A stretch of DNA of 64,000 nucleotides, taken from NCBI RefSeq assembly GCF_009914755.1, contig NC_060927.1; one strand, 5' to 3'. This stretch comes from the human T2T-CHM13v2.0 reference genome, Homo sapiens. The notes under the pieces are model-generated. The model was not told the origin of the DNA. It saw only the letters and a program-made list of their open reading frames with translations, and made no database searches. This document shows positions 13,964 to 35,889 of this stretch, in pieces (position 1 is the first letter of the stretch; every line of letters starts with the position of its first letter). The position numbers were made by a program, and so were the translations under genes.

Positions 13964-14412
13964 ATGATCTTGTCAAAATACAGTACCCTGAAAACAACAT
14001 ATTAGGAGAGCCAGAAGTTTCCAAAGAAAGAAAGCACACCAAAGCTCTAGAGAATTTTGAAAGTAAAAAACTTGTTTGGGGAGAAAAAAAACAAAAACAG
14101 AAAAAAGCATTACTTAAATCTTTATACACAGAAACAGAATAACCACTAGGGTAAACAAAGCAGCTATGGCTTTATTTCCCTCTACCTTCGTAACTTTGAC
14201 ATTCTGCCTTACAGTCTATTTTCACACAGTTTCTGTTGTTAATGGGAGCTGAGGAACAAGGTACTGACACCTTCTTATGGTTCATCAAAAGAACCTTTGA
14301 CTCTGAAAGGATCTTGGATAGGATCATCTCTCCAAACTTCCTATTCATGGATCTTCTGACATTCAGTTAGCCAGCCTCTTTTCTAACACTCTCTATTAAA
14401 GTTAAGTCACTA

Positions 14413-14975
<563 letters not shown>

Positions 14976-16783
14976 TCAAAAATAATAAATAAATAAATAA
15001 ATAAATAAATAAAGTTAAGTAACTACCTTTCAGAGCTACTATTTTCTGGGTGTTCATAAGGGCTAGAAAGTTCTTCCCTTTACAGAGACAAAATCAGCTA
15101 CTTTGTAATACACACCCATTGGTCTAAGTTGTGCTTGCTGAGATTACACAGAAGAGTCCAACTCTTCTACATGATAACCCTGCGAACGTTTGAAAATAGT
15201 TATCCCACACCCACATGCCTTCTAGTTTTCAGGGTAACTACCCCACATCCTCCAACCATTCCTCAAAAGATGTAGTTTCTAGGCCATTCATCATCCTGTT
15301 GCCCAACTTGGGCATACTCCAACTTGTCAACATCACTCTTACAGCCTGGGAGGAAATACCATCCTCCAGGTGTGATCTTAACATTGCAGAATGTACTCTG
15401 GGACTATTCCTTTCCTTGTCCCAGCCACCAGGCTTCTTTTAATGCCAGTTCATATCACATTTACTTGTTTTGGCAGCCAGGTCACATCACTGGCTCAGGT
15501 TGTATTTACTGTCAACTAAAGCCCTGGATCTCTTTTCATGTGAGGAGCACTTAAGTCAGGGTAGACTGTGTTAGCCAAGAGCATGACTAGATTCATGGCT
15601 CTGCTGCTCTTCTAATATTACCAAGAACATGGAACACAGGATTAAAAACATTCCAAACTTCTCTACTCACCCCTAACCAAAATCCTGGCAATTCAATAGT
15701 TTTAACAGAAGAAAGAAAAAATAAAAGGTTGAGCATCAGACAATGGTGTGAATTGTGAAATGCATTATCAGGTCTCTGGGCTTAGTTTTACCAAAAGGAC
15801 CCACAGGGAGTCCAAATGTCCTAGATATTTACCTAGATGGGCAGCCAGGGGACTTCCCTCTTGCACTTAAGGTAAATGCTGCCAGGGCTGCTGGGACATA
15901 ACTATACTTGCGGTGGTGAAAAAAATACATGGAAATATACACAGAGGCCCAATACCAATGTGTTATCAATAGAAAACTAAGTTTACTGCTGTACTTCTCT
16001 GGAAGACAAAAATGCTCAAATACAGATTTTGAAGGGAGGATCCAGCCAAAGAAAACTATAAAATGCACGATCAGGGCCAGACGCCATGGCTCATGCCTTT
16101 AATCCCAGCACTTTGGGAGGCCAAGGCAGGCGGATCACTTGAGGTCAGGAGTTCGAGACCAGCCTGGCCAACATGGTGAAACCCCATCTCTACTAAAAAT
16201 ATAAAAATTAGCTGGGCATAGTGGCATCCGCCTGAAATCCCAGCTGCTCAGGAGGCTGAGGCAGGAGAATCACTTGAACCTGGAAGGCAGAGGTTGCAGT
16301 AAGCCAAGATTTCACCACTATACTCCAGCCGGGGAAACAGAGCAAGATTTCATCTAAAAAAAATAAATAAATAAAATAAAAAATAAAATGCACTATGAAG
16401 TTTTCCCAGGTTGTGACAGCTTTAAAAAATGGTGGTTGGGTGTGGTGGTGGCTCAGACCTCTAATCCCAGCACTTTGGGAGGCCAAGGCAAGAGGATTCT
16501 TTAAAGCCAGAATTATGACAGCACACACCTGTAGTCCTAGCTACTCAGGAGGCTGAGGCTGGAGGATCACATGAGCCCAGGAGGTCAAAGCAGCAGTGAG
16601 CTGTGATTGCACCACTGCACAGCCTGGGCAACAGAGTGAGATGCTGTCCCCTCGACCGTTCCAAAAAAAAAAGAAAGAAAGAAAAAATAATGAAGAGCTG
16701 TTTTTTTGTTTTCGTTTTTACATTCTTATTATTGATACAATGCCTGGCATGTGGCAGGCACTCAGTAAATATTTAATGAATGA

Positions 16784-16981
<198 letters not shown>

Positions 16982-17154
16982 TAGTAGAGACAGGGTTTCA
17001 ACGTGTTATCCAGGATGGTCTCAATCTCCTGACCTCGTGATCTGCCCGCCTCGGCCTCCCAAAGTGCTGGGATTACGGGGTGAGCCACCGCGCCCGGCCA
17101 TGAATGCACTTTAAAAAAGCATCTTGACTTTAGGAGGCCAAGGCAGGCGGGTCA

Positions 17155-17427
<273 letters not shown>

Positions 17428-18029
17428 TTAAAGAATTTTCCTTTTACTGTCACTTGTATGAATACATGAAAAGTTAACATAAAAATGTTTCTTAAGTGTA
17501 ATGCACTCTTAGCTTAAGAAAGTAAAGATAACACTCCACTTATTTAAAGGTTACTTTTTGGCTAGGTGCAGTGGCTCACACCTGTAATCCCAATACTTTG
17601 GGAGGCCAAACTGTGGGAGGAGTTAGAGACCAGCCTGGGCAACATAGGGAGACTCCATCTCTACAAAAAAATTTAAAACATTAGCTGGGCATGGTAGCCA
17701 ACACCTATAGCCCCAGCTACTTGGGAAGCTGAAGCAGGAGGATCTCTTGAGCCCTGGAGTTCAAGGCTGCAGTGAGCTATGATCACGCTACTGTACTACA
17801 GCCTGGGCAACAGAGCAAGATCCTGTCTCTATTAAAAAAAAATAAGTAAAATAAAAATAAAGGTTACTTTTCCAACTGTCTGATGCAGTTAGCACTAGGA
17901 AGTGGGTTTAATAGGCTCAATATAAGCCAAAATGCAAAACGGAGACTATAATCAAATGCATACTCTTCAATCAAAGAGATGTGAGGTCTTCACTCATAAG
18001 TTATTTTGTCTAGGTTTACACATAGTTCT

Positions 18030-18214
18030 GGCTGGTCCAAGTGCAGTGGTGTTTACAACTAATTGAAACTAATTGAACACTACCAATTAGAGATTTCTTC
18101 TTCTTTTTTTTTTTGAGACCAAGTCTTGCTCCGTCACCCAGGCTGGAGTGCAGTGGCGCAACCAATTAGAGATTTCTTTGTTCCTTTTCTACTCCCACTG
18201 CTTTGACTAGCCTT
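18030..18214 (+). pseudogene. Y3 RNA (RNY3) retropseudogene interrupted by a truncated antisense Alu
   Basis: ggctggtccaagtgcagtggtgtttacaactaattga...agatttctttgttccttttctactcccactgctttgactagcctt matches hY3. It has an A-rich tail and an imperfect TSD tttacacata(g/a)tt at 18015-18029 and 18230-18244. Confidence 0.92.
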
Positions 18215-18548
18215 AAAAGTAATAATAAATTTACACATAATTTTAATAGATTTACTTGTCTGGTTTCCCAGACTAAGAAGCAAATAAGAAGAACAAAGAG
18301 GTTGCTTGAGGCAGAGCATGACAAGAGCAGAAAACAAAACACCATAGGTTAATAGAATAGAAGGAAAAGATAAAAAGGAGTCAGAAAACAAAACTTTAGA
18401 TTATGCACAGTAAATTAGTAGTCTTTCCTTATAAGGCATAGAAGTGCCAGGAAATAGGCCAGGCGCAGTGGTTCACACCTGTAATCCCAGCACTTTGGGA
18501 CGCTGAGGCAGGTGGATCACCTGAGGTTGGCAGTTCGAGACCAGCCTA

Positions 18549-18827
<279 letters not shown>

Positions 18828-18834
18828 TTAAAAT

Positions 18835-20219
<1,385 letters not shown>

Positions 20220-20224
20220 CTATT

Positions 20225-21171
<947 letters not shown>

Positions 21172-21179
21172 AGCCATTA

Positions 21180-21491
<312 letters not shown>

Positions 21492-24043
21492 TTAAATCTG
21501 GGGTGGTACTGATCCCAAGTAAAATACTGTATTTCTCAGACTCCATTGAAGATATATGTAACCATATGAAAAATAAGTGCTGATCAGAATACCTGGTTAT
21601 ATCCTTCAAGAAGCAAGCAGAAAAAAATAAATAAAGTAAGTACTTGTTGCCCTTTTGGAGTTTTCTGTTTTTGGGGTTTTTGTTTGTTTGTTTGTTTTTT
21701 TGAGACAAGGTCTCACTTGTTGCTCAGGCTGGAGTGCAACGGTGCTATCTCAGCTCACTGCAGTTTCTGCCCTGTGGGTTCAATTGATCTACCTCAGCCT
21801 CCTAAGTAGCTGGGACTATGAGTATGCACCACGACACCCAGCTAATTTTTGTATTTTTGCAGAGATGCGGTTTTTCCATGTTCCCCATGTTGGTCTTGAA
21901 CCCCTGGACTCAAGAGGTCTGTCCGCCTTGGCCTGCCAAAGTGCTGGAAATAGAAGCATGAGCCACCTCGCCCATGCTTGTTGCCCTTTTACCCCTTTGC
22001 TTCCTCCTACTGCCATCCTGGACATGAAGGCCAAAATTTCAGCAGCCATTTTGGGACTATAAAGAAAATATCAAGAGAGTCACATCCATAAGGTGCCAAA
22101 CCAATGCCAGCAACAGTCTGCCTCTGAACCTCTCGTCACACAAGAAAAACTAACTTATCTGTTTAAGGCACTGTTACTTAGATCTGTCACTGGCAGCCAA
22201 ATGCAATTTGTAACTGACGTAAGTCAGCTTTTTCATTAGAACTTTTACCATGTGCAAAACTACATCAGAAAGTTCAAATAGTATGTAGAAGTTAGAAACA
22301 AATTTGTGTTTAGAGTTGACTTCTTAATTACTTTTATATAAAAACAGACTTGAAAATAGGTTTGTTCTTTTGAAGAAAGACTAGTAGTACTCAGCATTCA
22401 CTTTGTTCAAATTCTCTCAGTATTCCAAATAACTTTGATGTGGGAAGAGAAGAGGAACCTTACTTGACTTTTGGTGATTGACACTTAATATGTAATGTTG
22501 GATTTTTTATTTAGCAGGGAGAGTTGGTGAAGTTAATGATGTACTATTTTTGGAAGATAATTATGAAAAGGGCTTGAAAATCTTATGCTTGGGCACTTTG
22601 GACTTCTTTTTAAACTTGCTCTTTGGAGTAAATCAGAGAGAAACAGAAAAGTCTGCTGTTCCTGAATTAAAGGCTTTTGAATTATCTGGGAAATGGTTAA
22701 AATGCAAATTCTCATGTGTCATCCCAGAACCACAACTTAAGAAACAGTAAAAAAATTAAAAAAAAAAAATAGACTGCTCGGTTGACCAGATGCCCATTGA
22801 ATTTTTTTTTTTTTTTGAGAGACAGAGTCTTGCTCTGTCACCCAGACTGTAGCACAGTGGTGTGATCATAGTTTACTTACTGCAGCCTCAATATCCTGGC
22901 TCAAGCAATCCTCCCACCTCAGCCTCCCAAGTAGCTAGGACTATAGGTACATGCCACCACACCCAGCTAATTTTAAAAAAAATTTTTTAGAGGTGGGGGT
23001 CTCACTATATTGCTCAGGCTGGTCTTGAACTCCTGACCTCAACTGATTCTTCTGCCTTGGCTTCCCAAAGTAGTGAGATTACAGGCGTGAGCCATGGTGC
23101 TTGGCCCCTGTTGAAATTTATAAGAAATTACAGAAGACACTGAATAAGAGCAGGTCTATGAAGACAGTGTGATCCTTTGACCTGGGAGGCAGAGACCCTT
23201 TCAGAGTGCCCATGAGGTCAAAATTTGTCATAATGGCCAGGCACAGTAGCTCATACCTCATGCTGTAATCCTAGCACTTTGGGAGTCTGAGGCAGGAGAA
23301 CTGCTTGAGGACAGGAGTTTGAGACCAGCCTGGGCAACATAGTGAGACCACATCTTTAAAGGAAAAAGAAGAAAAAAATTGTCGTAACAACGTTAAGATA
23401 CTATTTGGTACAAAAAGTAGCCAGGTGTGGTGGCGTGCATCTGTAATCCCAGCTACTTGGGAGGCTGAGGCAGGAGAATCGTTTGAACCTGGGTGGCAAA
23501 GGTTGCATGAGATAAGATCACATCACTGCACTCCAGCCTGGGCAACAGAGCAATATTCTATCTCAAAAAAAGACATTATTTGGCCTTTTTCACAATTCTC
23601 AAGTAAATAGTGGAGTTTCCAAGTGACTACATGACAGGTACACAATGGAATTAATGGAACGCAGAAGTACATAAGAACCTAGATCTCTTTTATTAAAGAG
23701 ATCATGACACTTTTAATTAATACAAGTATTGATAATCCATATAACAAAACTTTTTTCATGTCCAGTTTTTCTGACAACCAAAAAATTGCCTAATTAGCAA
23801 ATTAAACTGGTGTATTTATGAATTAAAGTAAAGATTACTATTTTTTCTTAAATATTTTTGTTTTGGCCAGGAGCAGTGGCTCACACCTATAATCTCAGCA
23901 CTGTGGGAGGCTGAGGCGGACTGATTGCTTGAGGCCAGGTATGTTCAAGACCAGCCTGGGCAATGTGGTGAAACCCTGTCTCCACTAAAAATACAAAAAA
24001 GTAACCAGGTATGGTGGCATGCACCTGTAGTCTCAGCTACTCA

Positions 24044-24148
<105 letters not shown>

Positions 24149-24219
24149 TCAAACAACAACACAAAGTTCTGTTTTGCAAAACTAGGATTTTGTTGTTGTT
24201 GTTGTTGTTAGTTTAGTTA

Positions 24220-25082
24220 TGGAGTCCCACTGCCTTTACTTGCCCATCATCCATTGTACCCTCTTCTGCTTAAGAGTCCCCAGTTTTCGACGAGGCACAG
24301 TGGCTCACACCTGTAATCCCAGCACTTTGGGAGGCCAAGGTGGGAGGATCCTCTGAGGTCAGGAGCTTGAGACCAGCCTAGCCAACATGTTGAAACTCCA
24401 TCTCTATTAAAAATACAAAAATTAGGCGGGAGTGGTGGTGTGCGCCTGTAATCCCAGATACTCGGGAGACTGAGGCAGGAGAATCACTTGAACCCAGGAG
24501 GCGAGACTGCAATGAACCGAGATCGTGCCACTGCAAGCCAGCCTGGGAGACAGAGGGAAACTCCGTCTCAATAAATAAATAAATAAATAAAAAAGTCCCC
24601 AATTTTCTAATGGGGAGCCACCTCCCCAGTGATCTCAGTCCATGAGGTTCAAGAGGAGGTAAGCACTACTCCTGGATTCCAGCATGCGCATGTAACCCAG
24701 GCCTAGACAATCAGTGTATTCTATATACCTAGAACAATGATGGGTGCAGGCATATCCCCATGCATGACCCGATCAAACAATGCAACTCAACTCTGGGGGT
24801 CATTAGAACTGTTCTGAAGGAGGCACTGTCCTGACACTGGGATTGCTGAAAGGATAGAATATAAGCTTGGAGCCTTATCACTCTAAAGGAAGAGCATACC
24901 CAACAAAGAAAACGCCAAGAAATAGAAAGAGGAAGACAAAGTCCAAATGACATCATTCAACCCTGGATTCAGCCAAGGCTGAACTTTTCACATACATGAG
25001 TCAATAAATTTTCCTTTTAGATTGAAGCCAGCTTGAGCTAGATCTTCTGACATGTGCAACTGTAAGAGTCCTGACTAATATG
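24220..25082 (+). mobile_element. MLT1K-type LTR with an Alu insertion (similar old MaLRs at ~6720-7232 and ~21172-22220)
   Basis: ...tgagtcaataaattttccttt...aagccagcttgag...gcaactgtaagagtcctgactaata 3' signature. Confidence 0.6.
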
Positions 25083-25417
25083 ATTACACATGGTTAATAG
25101 TCCTGATTCATTACATTAGTCTTTTAAGTCCTGATTCATTACATTAGTCTTTTACCATGCCAAGTGCTTATATAAAATCTTCCCGGCAGGGCACAGTGGC
25201 TCACACCTGTAATCCCAGCACTTTGAGAGGCCGAAGTGGGCGAATTGTCTGAGGTTGGGAGTTTGAGACCAGCCTGGCCAATATGGTGAAACCGGGTCTC
25301 TATTAAAAATACAAAAAATTTGAGGCTGGGTGCGGTGGCTCATGTCTGTAATCCCAGGACTTTGGGAGGCTGAGGTGGGCAGATCACGAGGTCAGGAGAT
25401 TAAGACCATCCTGGCTA

Positions 25418-25832
<415 letters not shown>

Positions 25833-25919
25833 TTAGAGTTTATTTGCCCCCAAAAAAGCCATATGATACAATAGTTACCTAATGAATTGTTTCTGGATTT
25901 TTATATCCTAAAATAATCT

Positions 25920-26360
25920 ACAAAAACAACCTAAGGGTCCATCAGCAGATGAATGGATAAATAAAATATGGTACAGATACAATGGGGTACAATTCAGCCA
26001 TAAAAAGGAATGAGATCCTGTCATTTGCAACAATATGGATGGAACTGGAGGTCATTATGTTAAGTGAAATAAGCCAGACACCGAAAGACAAACCACATGC
26101 TCTCACTTACTTGTGGGAGCTAAAAATTAAAACAATTGAACTCATGGAGACAGAGTAGAAGGATGGTTACCAGAGGCTGGGGAAGGTAGTGGAGGCATAG
26201 GGGGAAGTGGGGATGGTTAATGGGTATGGAAAGTAGATGGGGATGGATACCCCCATTTACCATGATGTGATTATTATGCATTGCACGCCTATATCAAAAT
26301 ATCTCATGTACCCTATAAGTATATATACCTACGGTGTACCTACAAAAATTTTAAAATAAA
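25920..26360 (+). mobile_element. L1 3' end (L1MA/L1PB-type)
   Basis: gatgaatggataaataaaatatggtac...ggaactggaggtcattatgttaagtgaaataagccag..., with an A-rich end and an apparent TSD aaaataatctaca. Confidence 0.8.
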
Positions 26361-26527
26361 ATAATCTACAATTTTTTTTTTTAAGACAGAGTCTCACTCT
26401 GTTGCCCAGGCTGGAGTGCAGTGGCGCCATCTCAGCTCACTACAATCTCTGCCTCCTGGGTTCAAGCGATCATTCTGCCTCAGGCGAGTGGCTGGGACTA
26501 CAGGCAGTTACCACCATCCTTGGCTAA

Positions 26528-26662
<135 letters not shown>

Positions 26663-26701
26663 TAGCTGGGATAACACGCATGTGCCACCATGCCCGGCTA
26701 A

Positions 26702-26854
<153 letters not shown>

Positions 26855-29430
26855 TAAAATAGGGGAAATATCATTACTATAATATAATCATTATCACCTA
26901 GTAAAGGATATTTATCTCACCAAAAAATAAACAATTCTCATGAAAAATAATCTTCAAAACAAAAAGAGACAGCGGTTGGGCGTGATGGCTCATGCCTGTA
27001 ATCCCAGGCTGGTGGATCACCTGAGGTCTGGAAGGAGGCCGAGGCTGGTGGATCACCTGAGGCTGGAGTTTGAGACCAGCATGGCCAACATGGTGTAACC
27101 TAGTCTCTACTAAAAATACAAAAATTAGCTGGCTGTGGTGGTGCATGCCAGTAATCCCAGCTACTCAGGAGGCTGAGGAAGGAGAATCACTTGAACTGGG
27201 GAGGCAGAGGTTGCAGTGAGCTGAGCTCACACCACTGCACTCCAGCCTGGGCGACAGAGGGAACTCCGTCTCAAACAAAAACAAACAAACAAAAAACAAC
27301 AAAAACCAAAAAGAGATAGCTCAATTCATTCTCCCCTCCTTCAAATATTTGTTTCATTTGTGAAAAATGCAATGCTAAACTCTGAGGGAGAGCAAACTGA
27401 GTAAGATTTTTTTAGGACTTTATAATTTAGCAGGACAGATAAAACATGTATGCAAATAAGTTATTCAGTGTTCCCTGAGAATTACAGAATAAAAATAAAT
27501 AATATCTAGAAGAGGTTTAAAAAATCTGTAATATTATTAAAGCTGTAAGAGTTTTTGGAGATGTGACAATTCTGTCAACACGTGTGGAGGAAATTACAGT
27601 TCAGCGAGCCAGTGACTTAGTTCCCATAGCAAGTCAGTGGCAAAATCCCACTAGAAAACAGACCTCTTAGACACAGTCCAACATTCTTTCTTATTACCCC
27701 ACCCTACCTCTGTTAGAAGAGAAGCAAAATACCAAGAAGTTTCTTGAACTATAATTTTTCTTCAGCACAACCTGAAATGGAGAGAGAATCTCCAAGACCA
27801 CACTAAAATAAGTGTGATTCTCTCTCTCTCTTTTAAAAAATCATTTATAGAGGTACAACAGCCAAGACTCTGCCTCAGTTCTCAGAGTTTGGCTTCAACT
27901 TTCTGTCATGGTTTTTCTCTCATTGACTTTTGTTTTTTCTTGAATGTGCAACGACTTTGCCTGAGCAAAATCCCAAACAGCTTGTTTTGAACATGTTTGT
28001 TCTCTTCTCTCTTCTGGGCAAACTAATGGAGTCTGGGAGTGCAAACGTTAGTTACCTAAGTTAAACTTAATCCAGGAAGTCTTCTTTGGCTGATTTCCCA
28101 CTTTGGCAGTGCCAGCCTGAACAAAAGACTTAAACACTGCAAATTCTAATTATCTTGTGAGTAAGAGCTTTGTCTACAGGAAGTAAAGAAAATACAAATA
28201 TTCAAAACTAGCAGTGTTATTCCTAGACATCTTCTTGTCAAGAACTTACAAAGAGGACTTGTTCTCATTAGAAATAATTGCTGTGAAGTACAATTTTTAC
28301 AGTGTTACTGAGATGGCAACTCCCTACAAATAATTTGAGAGAGTGGATTAAAAATTTGGTTTTAAAGAACAAAGTAGAGGTCTCATACTCCCTGTTTTCG
28401 AAACTTACTACAAAGCTACAGCAATCAAAACAGTGTGGTACTGGCATAAAGACAGACCAATAGAGTACCATACAGAGCCCGGAAACAAACCATTGCATAG
28501 TCAAATGATTTTTGACTACAGTGCTGAGACCATTCAATGGGGAAAGGACAGTCTTCAAGAGCAAAGGTACTGGAAAACTGTATACCCACATGCAAAAGGA
28601 TGAAGTTGCACCCTTACCTTTTAACATATATGAAAAACAATTCAAAGCCAGGCATGGTGGCCCATGGCTGTAGTCTCAGCTACTGGGAAAGCCGAGGCAG
28701 GAGGATCACTTGAGTTCAGGAGTTCAAGGCTGCAGTGAGTTATGATCATGCCACTGCATGCCAGTCTTGGTGACAGAGTAAGACCATTACCCCCTACTGC
28801 CCTGAATCCTCAAAATGGATCAAAGACATAAACATAAGAGCTAAAATTGTAAAGCTCTTAGAAGAAAACATAGGAGAAAAGCTTCACGATACTGGATTTG
28901 GCAATGATTTATTGATATGATGCCAAAAGAACAGGCAACAAAAGAAAAAAGAGATAAATTGGATTTCATCAAAATTAAACACTTTTATATATCAAAGGAT
29001 ACCACCAACAGAGTAAAAAGGCAACCCACAGAATGGGAGAAAATATTTGCAAATCCTTTATCTGATAAGGAATTAATATCCAGAATATATAAAGAACTCC
29101 TATAACTCAACAACATAAAAACCAACAACCCAATTCAAAAATGGGCAAAGGACTTGAACAGACATTTCTCCAAAAAAGACATACAGATGGCCAATAAACA
29201 CTTGAAAAGACGTTCAGCATCACTAATCATTAGGAAAATGCAAGACAAAGCCACAATGAGATACCACTTCGCATCCATTAGGATAGCAAAAGAAAGAGAG
29301 AGAGAAAGGAAGGAAGGGAGGGAGGGAGGGAGGAAGGGAAGAAGGGAGGAAGAGAGGGAGGGAGGGAATATTAAATTCTGGCAAGGATGTGGAGAAATTG
29401 GAACACTTGTTTGTTGTCAGGGGAATGTAA

Positions 29431-29727
<297 letters not shown>

Positions 29728-29804
29728 TGATCCACCTGCCTTGGCCTCCCAAAGTGCTGGGATTACAGGCATGAGCCACCGCGCCTGGCAAAAAATTAAA
29801 CATA

Positions 29805-30684
<880 letters not shown>

Positions 30685-30919
30685 GTTTAAACACAAAATT
30701 ACAATATGATCCAGCAATTCCACTTCTAGGTATATACTTGAAGTGAAAGCAGGGACTCAGACAGATATTTGCATACCAGTGTTCATAGCAGCTTTATTTA
30801 CAATTGCCAAAAAGTGGAAACAACCCAAATGTCCATCTGAAAATGAATAGACTTTTTGCTGTTGTAGAGACAGGAGTCTACCTATGTCACCAAGCTGGTC
30901 TCAAACTCCTGGCCTCAAG

Positions 30920-31983
30920 TTTTAAAGCAGAGTTTATTAAAAAGCTTTAGAGCAGGAACAAAAGGAAGTACACTTGCAAGAGGTTTCAAGTGGGCAACCT
31001 GAGAGATCAAGCACACAGTTTGACTTTTGACTTGGAGTTTTGTTTTTTTTTTTTTTGAGATGGGATATGGGATCTTGCTCTGTTGCTCAGGCTGGTCTTG
31101 AACTCCTGGGCTCAAGCAATGCTCCCACCTCAGTCTCCCCAAGTGCTAGGATCGCAGGTGTGAGCCACCACACCAGGTCTGACTTGGAGTTTTATGCATT
31201 GGCATGCTTCTGGAGGGTTGTGTCCCTTCTGCCCTGACTCTTCCCTTTTGGGGTAGGCTGTCGGCATGCAAAGCGGCCTGCCAGCACTTGAGAAGGGCCA
31301 CATGCGCAGTGTGTTTACTGAAGTTGTATGCATGCTCAGTTGAGGCATTTTTCCCTTACCAGTTGTGTGTTTATACTCCGCCATTTTGCCTCTTAGTGAC
31401 TTGAGGCATTTTTCCCTTACCAGTCAAGTGTTCCTAAGGAAGGTCACATACCAGTTAAACTCTGCCATTTTGCCTCTTAGTGCACATGCTTGAGGCTACT
31501 CACTCAACTCCTGAGATGTTTTATTTTATTTTATTTTACTTTATTTTATTTTATTTTTTGAGATGGAGTTTCACTCTTGTTGTCCAGCTGGAGTGCAGTG
31601 GCATGATCTCAGCTCACTGCAACCTCCGCCTCCCTGCAACCTCCGCCTCCCAGGTTCAAGCGATTCTCCTGCCTCAGCCTCCTGAGTAGCCCCCACCACC
31701 ACATCTGGCTAATTTTTGTATTTTTAGTAGAGACGGTGTTTCACCATGTTGGCCCAGCTGGTCTCAAACTCCTGACCTCAGGTGATCTGCCCACCTCGGC
31801 AGATGCTGAGATTACAGGCCTGAGCCACCACACCCGGCCAACTAATTATTATTTCAGAGAGGCAGTTTAACAAGCGCCTGACCATTAGGCGCGGTTTAAC
31901 AAGTGCCTGATGGTTGCGACGTTCCTGGATGTTGGGGGCTCTCTCCTTCCCTGCTCATGTCTAACTAACTACCAACTGTAACA
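30920..31983 (-). mobile_element. ERV1-class solo LTR (LTR9/LTR19-like) with two Alu-family insertions
   Basis: Ends ccctgctcatgtctaactaactaccaactgtaaca (TGTTACA on minus), with a minus-strand AATAAA near 30935 and internal direct repeats. Subfamily uncertain. Confidence 0.6.
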
Positions 31984-32699
31984 ACTGGAAAAGACAAATA
32001 TTGTATTCCACTTATATGGGGTACCTAGAGCAAACAAACTCATAGAGACAAAGTAGAATGGTGTCTGCCCGGGGCTAGAGGGAGGAGGGAATGGGACGTT
32101 GTTATCTAATTAATGGACGTACGTTTCAGTTAGGGATGATGAAAAAGTTTTGGAGATGAGTAGTGGTGATAGCTACACAATAACAGGAATGTACCTAATG
32201 CCACCGAACTGTACATTTTAAAATGGTAAATGTGATGTTATATATATATTTCAAAAAAAAAAGAAAAATGTTGACCAGGCACAGTAGCTCATACCTGTAA
32301 TCCCAGCACTTTCGGAAGACAAGGCAGGAAGATCATTTGAGCCCAGAATTCGAAACCAGCCTGGGCAAACAGTAGGACCTTGTCACTACAAAATAAAAAA
32401 ATAGCCGGTGTGGTGGAGTGCACCTGTAGTCCCAGCTACTCTGGATGCTGAGGTGGGAGGATTGCTTGAGCCCAGGGAGTCGAGGCTACAGCAAGCCATG
32501 ATCCCACCACTGCACTCCAGCCTGAGCAACAGAGTGCAACCCTGCCTCGAAAAATTTTTTTTTTTGTTTTAGGCACATATTTATTGAGAATAATTTTCAA
32601 GAATAAAGGTTGTTTATCTGTAGGGCTTTTTCCCCCACAGGTTAATATGCACTTTGAAGTTTCATTCATTCATTGCTGAATGTGTGCTTTGAAGTTCTA

Positions 32700-33151
<452 letters not shown>

Positions 33152-33255
33152 TTATAAATGTGAAGAAGTAAACGTTGTGCTAAGATAGATTAGTGGGGGT
33201 GAGGAAGACCTACTTTAGATGGATCTGATAGTTGCTTTATTGTATGCTAGAGCTG

Positions 33256-35468
<2,213 letters not shown>

Positions 35469-35762
35469 TAGTTAATGGGGGAAGGCCTCTCAGAGGAGGT
35501 GACATTTCCACTGAGACCGAAAACACCTACAGGAACTTGTTATGATAGGAGCCAGAGGAAGGTCACTACAGAGCAGAAATGTGTGCAGAGGTGAAATGTA
35601 CATTTGTCATACTGTTTGAGAATACTGAGTTATGCTGCAGGAAAAAATAAAAAACAAATGGGATAGAGGAAACTCCTAAGATGAGTTAAATATAGATAAG
35701 TAATTAGTGGATAGAGCATGTGTGTTTTAAATGTAGATAAAAAGAAATGAAAGAACCAAAAA

Positions 35763-35889
35763 TAATATTCATGAGGCATAAATATGCATGAGGGACCTAG
35801 ACGCTAAATATTCATGAGAAGTTAAATATATACGAGACATTTAACATTCAGGATACACTAAATATACATGAACACTTAATATTTATGAA
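35763..35889. repeat. Degenerate array of ~7 TAAATATTCATGA-like units
   Basis: taatattcatga, taaatatgcatga, taaatattcatga, taaatatatacga, taacattcagga, taaatatacatga, taatatttatga. Confidence 0.75.

Larger units (their letters stand above)
11600..14000 (+). ncRNA. Probable divergent lncRNA region (DENND6A-DT); exon structure not determined
   Basis: Based on my recollection of an annotated divergent transcript, the symmetric promoter, and a strong plus-strand acceptor (CTCAC branch point then ctgttccttctccAG at 12316). Boundaries are a guess. Confidence 0.35.

Noticed and set aside
15830-15846. CTCF-like acctagatgggcag
   Set aside because: Deviates from the core CCASYAGRKGGCR in spacing; too weak to call.
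35763-35889. Repeat-spacer-like pattern suggestive of CRISPR
   Set aside because: Eukaryotic context, degenerate 13-nt units with 3-13-nt gaps, and no cas genes.
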